Below, piece after piece: positions 23,642 to 33,251 of a stretch of 33,251 nucleotides of DNA. Source of the stretch: Dimargaris cristalligena (Eukaryota); assembly GCA_003614675.1 (NCBI GenBank), contig ML002410.1, positions 1 through 33,251 of the forward strand, given 5' to 3'. Both the position numbers and the translations under genes were made by a program. The notes below the pieces were generated by a model that was not told where the DNA came from, made no database searches, and saw only the letters and a list, made by a program, of their open reading frames with translations. The number at the start of each line of letters is the position of its first letter. The stretch's first letter is position 1.

Positions 23642-24868
23642 TTAGGCCGCCGTCCCAGTCCTTAGCGGACTACCCCAGGTCGAATTACACATGGGACACC
23701 GATTCGGCAAATTACGCATTACGCTATCGGGTATCAGCTGCTCCTCATGTAACCGATGTCGACTGCGACACACGAAGCAGGATGGCGAAGTAGTAGATGA
23801 TGAGGAGGAGGTGGGAGTAGTTTGCGTAGAATTAAGGCTAGTCTGACTCGCTGAGCGGGTCCGCCCAGAATACGTACCATAGTGCCGGCCATGAGCCGGT
23901 CCCCCGCCGTAGGGGGCGGCGGGTTGCCGCAATGAAGCGCTGCGTTGACCACGATTGAGGTTCACGTCACTATGGCTGTGGCCGTTATGGGGATAACTAT
24001 TATGTCGGTACTGATATTGGGACGTGGTCGTGGCCGGTCGGCTATTTCCGGCAGTGGCCAAGAAGGGGCTGGGGACGCCGGCGCCAAAAGGAAGGAAGGG
24101 CGGTCGAACCCCCCCTAAGCCCACGACCGAACCCGGGACGGGGGCGGCGTAGTTAACCCTACCACCACCACTACCGGCGACGGGGTATGGGTCGTAGGGC
24201 TGGAGGGTGAGTTGGGCCAATTCGGACATGAGTGACGAAAAGGGACCCCGGTGGGTTTGGAAGTCCCAAACCGACGACGGTAGTCGCGTGCCACAGGCCG
24301 GGCAGGGTCCCCGCGGGGTGAGGCGGGGGGCCGTAAAACACTGTGGACAGGTGCGGATGCCCAACCGGACCGCTTCACCCCGTGGGCAGCGATTGCAGGG
24401 CTTGCCCGGCCGTTTGTAGCCGGTGTCTTCGCATTTCCAGCACCAGGGCATGGTGGGGCCGCTTTGTTGATTGGACTGGGGATATAAGGGCGCATACGAG
24501 ACTCTAGCACCCTGGCTATTGGTGCCACCACCTACGACCGTGGGCCCCGGCCGGTGTAAATTCAATAATGAAGCAGACCCTTGATTAGGGTTCAAAAACT
24601 GGTTGCTGTAGGAGGGCTGGGCGGAAGCCGGGCGACCACTATTACTGCCTCCGGGGACCGGTCGAGACGGAAGGGTGGGCCGGGCGGAGGCCGAGGTCGC
24701 TCCACTAATATTCAGTGGGGGGGTTGGGCGCGCCGGCCGGGGTGGGGGATTATTCCAACCCTGCGAACCCGATTCAACCACCTGTTCATCGGGGCGGGCG
24801 TAGGGAGTGTACGGCGGCGGCGCTTCGTCCGGGGTGGTTTCGTTTAGTGCCAATAAGTGGTCTTGCAT
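23642..24868 (-). CDS. Proline-rich protein with PY motif and six CxxC pairs, Hua1-like, 408 aa
   Basis: Long GC-rich ORF with PPPY near the N-terminus and PxxP tracts. WCWKCEDTGYKRPGKPCNRC resembles the fungal Hua1 CxxCxxTGYK...PCxxC motif (recalled, not searched). An acceptor-like TTTCCAG lies just before the ATG, so an upstream exon is possible. Confidence 0.75.
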   Translation of the reverse strand: MQDHLLALNETTPDEAPPPYTPYARPDEQVVESGSQGWNNPPPRPARPTPPLNISGATSASARPTLPSRPVPGGSNSGRPASAQPSYSNQFLNPNQGSASLLNLHRPGPTVVGGGTNSQGARVSYAPLYPQSNQQSGPTMPWCWKCEDTGYKRPGKPCNRCPRGEAVRLGIRTCPQCFTAPRLTPRGPCPACGTRLPSSVWDFQTHRGPFSSLMSELAQLTLQPYDPYPVAGSGGGRVNYAAPVPGSVVGLGGVRPPFLPFGAGVPSPFLATAGNSRPATTTSQYQYRHNSYPHNGHSHSDVNLNRGQRSASLRQPAAPYGGGPAHGRHYGTYSGRTRSASQTSLNSTQTTPTSSSSSTTSPSCFVCRSRHRLHEEQLIPDSVMRNLPNRCPMCNSTWGSPLRTGTAA

Positions 24869-25576
24869 GCTGGAAAATAGACGGGAAGGGGGTAGCAGTG
24901 TGTGTGTGTGCGTGTGTGTGTATGCGTGTTTAAGAGCGAGGAGGAAAGGCGTATGTACGAATGTAGGCTATTAAGGGTTGGGAGCGAATTCCGGCTACTG
25001 GTGGACGACGGCGGCACCAAGTGGGGGGTATGGAGTGAGGGGGAGGAGGAGTATTCTTCACACTGGGCCACGACGGGCTCCTTGGCGTAGGACAAAGGGG
25101 GGGGGGGTATGACTATGTTCCGAGAAGCGGCGAGGTCGGTGGACAACAGTAAAGTAAAAGAGGGGGGATAGGGCAAGTGATACGGCACTGGGTTCAAGGA
25201 ACACGTATGCACAAGGCCACAAGCTCAGGGCGTTTGAGCCAAAGGAAATGAGAAAAAGAGGGAATGGGAGAAAGTGAGAGAGACAGGTAACGGTAGTAAC
25301 TGACACTGCCAGACAGGCTCTGGTGAGTTAAATATAGAGCGAAACAAAGGATATAATAAAGACTCAAGGAGTTGGGAGAATACGAACCGAATCAGGCGGA
25401 TCGGCTAGGTATGTGGGTTTTGTGCCAAGCCTGGAAAAGGACAGGCATAAAAGAGTAGAATTGTAAGTGGTAATGGCAATGAGGGTGACGCAACTATTAT
25501 AAAAAGAAAGGGAGAAAGAAGTATTATAGAATAATATAAGTAGTAGAGGACTGTTTGCTGCTGTATTTAGCAGGAG

Positions 25577-25580
<4 letters not shown>

Positions 25581-25622
<42 letters not shown>
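25581..25622. repeat. (CT)21 microsatellite
   Basis: Perfect CT dinucleotide run. Confidence 0.95.
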
Positions 25623-25627
<5 letters not shown>

Positions 25628-27018
25628 TCCAGCTGGAAATTAATAATAGGCTGGCAACGCAAGGCGGAAAAAGTAAGGAGAGGGGGGCGGGTCCGTTGGC
25701 CCAGTAATATCGTCAAAACGACCTATAGTTGAGCTGTGGGCGGGTTTCTAAAGAGAAGCCTTGGCCTATGAATAGAAGGCCATCGTCCCTATATATAAAT
25801 ACATCTATTGTATTCCTTTTTGCAGCCCGCCATTCTTTCTGTATATCTTTCCGCAACGCTGCGTCCACGCATGCGTGTGTTCTTTTCCTACCTTCTCACC
25901 CCACAATCAATGATCGGAGAGGGTTGAACAGGAGAGATATGGAGAATAGGATTAATAATATATAATGCTAACTCTGAGTCCCTTTTTATGGCCCGAATAT
26001 ATGTACATATGGAGTTGGCCCTTTCCTGCCAAGACATTATTACCAATCCATACACAACCAGTAGTGGTAATCCGGTAAAAATTATTGTTTCCTGAACAAT
26101 CCAACCATGGAGAGGGATCATTTCCCCATATTCATACACACATATACACTACCATTTCCTGCATTATCCTTGCAAATTCCATGGGTAAAACATTAAATAC
26201 ATTCCCAACCCGAGTAGAAAACCAATTTAACCATGAATCCAAAAATGTCGGTAGCTTTTCTCACCCTACCATTTTATCGCACAGACTGGAAAGATTTACA
26301 TTCTGGGATAGGCAGGCCAACAACAACTTTACTTCTCGTGAATTTAATGGGGGAATACCGGGGTCTCAACGACACCTTGGTCTGTATTACCTACTGGTTT
26401 GGGACACATACTTTATTACCAATTCATTATTCAGCCCCATGGCTTGGGCTTGGTTGGGGGTATCTCAGGTATTTCTAATAAAAGCCAAGCCGATGATGAA
26501 ATGCGTGACTGCCATCAATTGTGACTGGGTACCATAAGGTATATCATAAATAGGTATAGTAGTGTGGGGCAATGTATTTATTCAAGAGTTTGCATATATA
26601 AAAACGAATTTAATAATAATCAACTCATTAGAATCAATCTTGTGAAGGAGGGGTTAATGAACCCCATATGATTTGCGTTGGAGGTAGTATAATTTTGCGG
26701 TGGTATATTATATATATATATATATATATAAGGCAAGAGGCGTGGTATAAGACAGTGGTAATGATCGTTGGCGAGAGAAGGAGAAAAGAAGGTTGATGAT
26801 GTCGAGTAAAAGAGGAGAGAGAGAGAGTGAGAGAAATCGTATAATCTCTTGATAATAATCATTGGGGCATAAAATGTCATTCAGGGTCGTATAAAACCCG
26901 TTAGATAGGTAAGGTAAAGTATGCCAATACACCGACTTGGTAGACCTATACAAAACCATATCAGTGCCCGTAGTCGACTGAGCTGCTTCGGGGGAATACA
27001 GTGAAAACCTCTACTATA

Positions 27019-28266
27019 TTAGTCCGAACGGTCGGCCGAAGTAGACGAGGGTGGTTGGGTGTGTTTGTTCTGGGGCTCATTCGGGGTGGCCTCATCACTA
27101 TTATCTTGACCACGACGGGTAGCTGCGGTGATATCCGCTACTACTGGGGTAGGAGGGGCACGCAACTCATTGGCTAACTGCTGGGCCACAGTAGCCGGCG
27201 AGACGGCACTACTACTACCCCTGTGGCCATCTTCAGCAGCACTGCTCTTCTTGGTCTGGGCGGTATGGTAGCGACGGTGGGTGGCAGCAGCCAACGATGC
27301 CAATACCGACTGCGTAGACGTAGCCACAGTTGGGGTAGAAGGGGTCGATGAAGATGCCGATGACGAGGGGGCAGGGATAGGTGACGTCGAACTCGCATCA
27401 GCGGATCGGTCGCTGCGGCCCAGGGATTTTGCATTAGTCGGGGCTAATGGGGAAGATGCTGCCAGCAGCCGCAGTGGTTGCAATGGTGGCTGCTGGTGGT
27501 GGTGATGGGGGTGTGCTTGCAGTGGTTGGTTCAGTCCCAGCTTCTGTTGCAGCTCGGCAGCCAGGGTTGCCTGGAGCCGGTGTCCGAGTTGGGCCTCCCG
27601 CAGCTTATCCGCCAGATTGGCCTGTTGCTGCTGACGCTGTTCTTCGGCCAGCTTGAGTCGGGCCACGGTTACTTGACATTGGTGGACCAGGGCCGTCATT
27701 TCCTTAAGATACGCCTGCATGGTCCGTTTTTCCGCCGCAGCCTGCGTGGCCGAAAGACCGGTGTCGGCGCGGGGGTTGCTGGGGGGCAATGTCGACAACG
27801 AAGGGGCGACGAGCTCCTGGGATTCGCTGGAGGCCTGGTGGTTGTCACGCTTGGTGTCGGTGGTAGCAGTCGAAGAAGTGTCGTCGCATTTGACCGGGGT
27901 AGGGGGGGAGACCTGGTGGGGCTCGATCGGGCGAACGTGACGCACAGCGGGATTCCCACTGAAGAGAATGAAGCGCATTTCTGGGGACAGCTGCTTCGAG
28001 TAAATGCGGCGAGCTTCAGTGGGGACACTGCGCTGTTGCTGGTGGGGAGCGGCGGTCTTGGGTTTGTCACTGCTATTGCTATTGCTCGTCTTCAGGGGCC
28101 GGGTGGCTGAGGCGGAGGGCACCACACTAGCGTACCGTTTGGTCAGCCGAGAATATTGGGTGGTGGTAGGGGGAGGAGAGGTCAGCCGTCCCAGCGTACC
28201 CTTACAGCCGAGGGAAGCCCGGGGGAAGCGCGACACAATACCGGCGGTAGCGGTAGAAGGATTCAT
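27019..28266 (-). CDS. Hypothetical low-complexity protein, possible mitochondrial presequence and central coiled coil, 415 aa
   Basis: Long GC-rich ORF with good start context (ACCATG). The N-terminal 60 aa are R/K/S/T-rich and lack acidic residues. Helical segment AAAEKRTMQAYLKEM...ELQQKL. No family recognised. Confidence 0.7.
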   Translation of the reverse strand: MNPSTATAGIVSRFPRASLGCKGTLGRLTSPPPTTTQYSRLTKRYASVVPSASATRPLKTSNSNSSDKPKTAAPHQQQRSVPTEARRIYSKQLSPEMRFILFSGNPAVRHVRPIEPHQVSPPTPVKCDDTSSTATTDTKRDNHQASSESQELVAPSLSTLPPSNPRADTGLSATQAAAEKRTMQAYLKEMTALVHQCQVTVARLKLAEEQRQQQQANLADKLREAQLGHRLQATLAAELQQKLGLNQPLQAHPHHHHQQPPLQPLRLLAASSPLAPTNAKSLGRSDRSADASSTSPIPAPSSSASSSTPSTPTVATSTQSVLASLAAATHRRYHTAQTKKSSAAEDGHRGSSSAVSPATVAQQLANELRAPPTPVVADITAATRRGQDNSDEATPNEPQNKHTQPPSSTSADRSD

Positions 28267-30170
28267 GGTGTCAAACTATTGGGAAAGGAGGTGGGCAAAC
28301 AACTAACTAACCAACTAGGTAGTGCAAGGGGATTGTAGTCGAACGAGTGGGGAGGGTGTTGTCTTTCTCGGAAGGGAATGGGAGGGGTGTAATCGCTTTC
28401 TCGGAAGGAATGGGGGGGGTGTAATCGAAGCGCTTTAACGGGAGTTTTTCCGAAGCGTCGCTTGAGTTAAGAGCCGAATGCAGGCCATCCAAGTGTCGGG
28501 CGAGCAAACCGTGTATACGCTAAGCAATATATCGATGTATAAAAGGACCAGCGGCGCTGTGGCAATGAGTCAATAAAAGTAAAGAACAGGGAATATACGA
28601 CAATAAAGAACGGGTCCCTTGGAAAGTGTGACCTGGGTGTGTTTTGCGACTGGGGACGGTGGTGATACTACAGTAAAAAAAAAAGAGAGAGAGAGAACGG
28701 AGGATCCCCGAGTCCACGGACCTGGTCTGAGAAGGAATAATAATGCTATGTGATAGAGATAAGAGAGTGTGAATAATAGATAAGGACCGTTGAAACACTA
28801 CTACTCTAGGGTGAAACGCGGTGAGGTTGGAGAAAGTATAATAATTTAAATAATAAATATATATTGTAGAGGGTGTTTAGGTTGGCCCGGGAATAAAAGT
28901 AGAGTAGAGTAGAGTAGAATGTGAGGAAAGCAGATCGCAACGGGGCGGCACGCTCCTTATATATATATATATATATAGCACTGTTTATTTATAGAGTCGA
29001 ATAACTGGGAGGGGAAACCAGCGGAATGGTTTCAGCATGGAACATTAAAAAGAAACTACCCCCGAGAAACTGCTCCCAAGCACACTGCAGCCGCTACCAG
29101 TTCTCTGTATATTATTATACCGGAAAAGAGGGAGGAGTATATATGTCTTGAATGGGGTTGTGTTAGAGGATATGGGCCACACGACTCCTCCTATTTCTAT
29201 ATCCTATCTCCTACATTCCCCCCTCCCCGCGTATTAACTAACTCTATACACACTTTGCGCAGTCTTGGGGAGTATTATAGACATGCTCCATCCCCCAGGG
29301 TCCACGACGAGCAGTGTGGCGCACTTCCCCCATTTTGACTAGCCGGGGTGTTATCTATCGGATACATTGGCATTTTTCTATAGGCCAATCCCAGTCCCGT
29401 GGGTCTACAATTCTCTTGGATCCCAGTGGCCCAAACGATCCGGCTTTTCTATTAGGCCTATGTAAACCACTTCCCCTCTCTTCATTCGTTGGTCGGTGCC
29501 ACACTGGCTTTCTTCGCTCTAAACGAAGGCACACCCGTCTGTAAAATCAGCTTTGTTCTGCTCTGGCCCGTTGCCGTTACGGAGTTGTAGAGAGGAGAGA
29601 AAACGAGGAAAATAATACACACACATATACAACAATGTAGGAAGACCGCCGCTGATTTACTACAGACCGACCACCAAAGTATCAACAACCAGGTCTACCT
29701 ACTACTGGTGTGGTGGTGGTGACATCATGGCTATCGTCCCTCCTACTACTTTACTATACTCCTCCCCCTTCTTCAGCTGCCAAAGTGCACATGCCCTCTC
29801 CTATTATTCCAATGTGACCTCCGCCCCCCCCAACCGAAGGGATAAAAACACACTACATTCATTCATATATATATATCACCCACCTCGCCTCCCTTAAACT
29901 TAAACGCAAAATAAAATGGCCCTGCTCATCTGCCCAGTGGGTTTCCCCAACCCCCTGGATTCTACTTCATGCCAGACCAGCTAATGCAATCGGAGTTTTA
30001 TGGGCCGCTGACCAGGTAGCCGAGCATGTAATCGGTGGAAAAGATGGAGGAAGTAGACGGTTGTGCATAAGTCCAATATATTAGATGCCATAAACCCCGC
30101 TCCCTATAGAAATGCCCCAGTTAATAGTGACCGTGGCTCGATACGCAAACTACTTGGGCGTTTTTTCTTT

Positions 30171-32022
30171 CTAAAACCCGCCGCCATCAGCGAGATACTT
30201 GAGTTCTTCCTCGGTCGAGGTGCGACCCAGCACTTGGTTACGGTGCGGGAATCGTCCGAATTTTTCAATCACCTCCAAATGCTTGATGGCGTAATCGTGC
30301 CCCATCTTCAGCGCTTCAATCTATGGTGGCAGCATGGGATTAACGATGGTTAACCAGGGCACAGGTACATGTGGACAGAATAGCAGATATATATATATAA
30401 CCGACGACAGGTGGGTGAGTGGGCGAGGGTGAGGGACATGTAATGACGCAGCGGTACTCTAGAAGTTCCATAGACCAGCTAATGCGTGCATAAAACCCAT
30501 GCAGTAAAGGGACACATGCGTTTCAAGGGTTACAGTGTCTCCATAAAATATAGCCCGACAGGTCTTCCCCCCCTTTTACATGGGTGACACACCTAATCAG
30601 TTCAGCAATGATGTCACCATGCCAGTTAGTAAACTACTCATGGAGCATATAGTATTAAGTTAGTCGGGACTTACCGAGGGGTTGGCCTTGGCCATTTCGG
30701 TAAATTTTTGGACAGCCACTTTCTGGTCCTCCATGGCTTCCGAGTGTTCAAAGGGCTATTAGGTCCGAAAAAAATACACGGGATGGCATAGCTGGCTCGT
30801 GGTGAAATTAGCGTATTCCCTCCATTTGGAATATATATAATACATGTCATGCATATTGATAATGGTGCCATGTTTATACCGCGGGGTTAAACTACCGTTC
30901 CCTCCTCCACTTACCATGTAGGCAAAAGTCCGCTCGATGGGGTGTAGTTCCAAGTCCCATTTTTTGGTAACGGCCAACTTGGCCAACGTCAGGGCCTTGG
31001 GATCGGCCTTAAAGGCCAGGGGCGAATTGCGGTAAATATTGCGGGAAAACTGGTCCATGAGGATAATGAGAGACAGGACGCCCTTGGGAGACCCCCGGAG
31101 CTCTTGGACGTACTGGCCCTTTTCAACCACCTGTTCCAAGTCCGCCTGGAAATTATCCCTGGCCGGCCGGCATGCGGAGGGGGTGGTGGTGGTGGTGATA
31201 AAGTAGATGGGTGTGTAAATAAATGGGAAGAAGCAGTCGCTGGCCAATAAAAGGTATACTCTTTTATACAGCCTAACGGATGCCCTGTCTAGCGAGAGGT
31301 GGAGGGGGGGGGGTGATAATCTCACACATGATATAGTCACCAGTGGAGCAAGAAGGACTACTATATTCGATTGGAAGGCGGGTAGGTTGACTTCAGAAAG
31401 GCCATCCTCACCAGAAGATACCCAAAGGCGTAGAAGAGGTAGAGGGAACCTGTCCAGATAGATAAGGCATATAGGACCTGGGTAAATAGAGAAACCAGCA
31501 CAAAGGGCATCTATAGAGTGACACTACCCCCCTGTCTACTTTTCCCTTTATCCCCAGTACCTGTTTCCTACGTACCAACCACTATTGATATATTGTATAT
31601 ATAATAAAAAACCCCCAGCGGGGAATGCATACCTAATCTGGCGGTCTAACTCATCGGAGCGCTGAAACCATTCCATGCGAAAGACAAGGGGTGTGCCAGC
31701 GGCTACCTTGTCGAAGGTCCCTTAAGTCGGTTAGTCCAGCGTGGAAATGCCCAGTTAAAGAAGGCCATCGTTAGTCTAGAATATTATAGCCCGAAATGAG
31801 ACCCCCTCCTTCATAGCTAACCCAGCCACCACCCGATGGGCGGAATCCCCGGACTAGAGTGGAATGCCATACAAAAAGAACAGGGGGAAAGCCAGCTCCA
31901 TTTCTACTTTGGACCCGAGGGGCCTGCGCCAAAGAAGCAGGAGGTGCCAAATATAAAAATGATAGGGGCTTACCATGGAACCAAAAGGACAGTACACGGT
32001 TCTGTAGAGCGAGGGCAGTCAT
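30171..32022 (-). CDS. DUF924 family protein, 203 aa, 5 exons
   Basis: Exons 32022-31974, 31720-31633, 31158-30915, 30755-30675 and 30320-30171 total 612 nt, with all introns GT-AG. Motifs: VLSFWF, WF..SDELDRQIRDNF, IILMDQFSRNIYR, ERTFAYMPFEHSE and FGRFPHRNQVLGRTST. Confidence 0.93.
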
Positions 32023-33251
32023 AGTAAAGCAGCGGATTGATTATAATAAGCACTACAAGTTCCAATAATAATAATATAATATAAAGCAAACGATCCAAAC
32101 TAGTTTGAGTTAATTCCGAAAATTACATACAATATAACCCCAGCCTTATTAAGAGCAAGCTAGTCTGGCTGGGTCCACTGAAAATAAATGGGCTGTTGTT
32201 AAACAAATTACGAATACTGCTGAGCTGACTAATTCGCACCAGGTTAGTTTATACGTGGCGCTCATATCCGCTTGTTTAGTCCTGAATTATGATGATCCCA
32301 TCCAATCGACTGCCTCTGCTCGCACCTCAGTTTCAGCTGATGTTTAGTAAAGAGAACCCCGTTTCCACATAATTCTTGAAAATATCTCTCCGCTGATGGA
32401 TTGGAAACCCCCAATTAATGATTATACTGCATATAGTATCGATGAGTATTTTCGGTGGATATACAAATACAGCAAGCCGTTCTACAACCCATCTAGCTAA
32501 AATATTATTGTATAACTATACCGTGAAAATATATTTCTTTAAATTTTAATACGATCCGTTTATTGGGAATGTCGGGATTGCCTTCAACGGGAATCCTGTT
32601 GTATCAGCAAAGGCTATGCGTATAACAATATTACAGTACTACTGCCATTAAGGACCATGCCAAGTATATTCATACATTTATAAGTAGTACTCTAACCCAT
32701 AACTCATCACCAGGCTAATTGTTCCCAAGAAAATCAAATTCGAATATAAAAAAGTTGTAACATTAACTATTCCCAAGCAGTCACCCACCTCAGTACTAAA
32801 TTAACTGATGGGGACTTATCTTCACAAATCTAACAGGATACCAAGTAGACCCCAACATATAACCACAGGGCCCTTACTACGATTGTTACGATGTTGGGCA
32901 ACATAAATAGTGATAAAATAATAATATATAAGAAATAATACCCTCAGGTACTCGAAACTAACTAAAACATAATCAAACTTCCGCAGAAGTGCTACTAGGT
33001 GAATTCTTCAGCCTCGACTAAAAAGTTGTGTTTATTAATAAGATATTATACTGAGTATTTATACTAAAACTTGGGGATTATAAATTAGTGGATGTTTTAA
33101 AGACAAAAGAACTAAACTCAGCTAAATAATATTAAAAGGGTTAGACTCATTTGTATAACCAAAACAAAAGGAAAGACAAGGGTCTTCAAATTATATCATT
33201 GGTTAAATATGGTAAACCATTTGTTGGTATTACCAAAACAATAGTGAAAAG

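Noticed and set aside
29974-30485. 14-nt direct repeat AGACCAGCTAATGC flanking the last DUF924 exon (29974-29987 and 30472-30485)
   Set aside because: A single short match with no other element features. Chance cannot be excluded.
1-33251. Selenoprotein or recoding signals, TPP riboswitch, CRISPR array, rRNA or tRNA genes
   Set aside because: All reconstructed CDSs are open without in-frame UGA and end in TAG or TAA. No consensus for the other elements was seen by eye.

Overview
Eukaryotic, intron-containing fungal DNA, with GC-rich CDS, GTRAGT donors, CTAAC branch points, YAG acceptors and microsatellite-rich intergenic regions. An early-diverging fungus such as Zoopagomycota is plausible but cannot be confirmed from the sequence. 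Reconstructed genes, left to right: (1) a 5-exon signal-peptide + ectodomain + 7TM receptor-like gene missed by the ORF track (4311-6871, +); (2) an intronless carnitine acetyltransferase (10307-12760, +); (3) a 2-exon ICln/Lot5 gene (13179-14219, -); (4) a candidate box C/D snoRNA in a divergently transcribed non-coding host (15077-15162, +), whose D' guide predicts methylation of the 18S G562-equivalent; (5) a secreted protein with 4 HPxxQPxL repeats (16296-17075, +); (6) a 2-exon group I (Gi-like) G-alpha (17929-19184, -); (7) a Hua1-like Pro-rich protein with six CxxC pairs (23642-24868, -); (8) a low-complexity orphan (27019-28266, -); (9) a 5-exon DUF924 gene (30171-32022, -). The best leads are the hidden snoRNA/host gene and the orphan 7TM receptor lying near a G-alpha and a secreted repeat protein. 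The functional link among those last three genes is only an inference from proximity.
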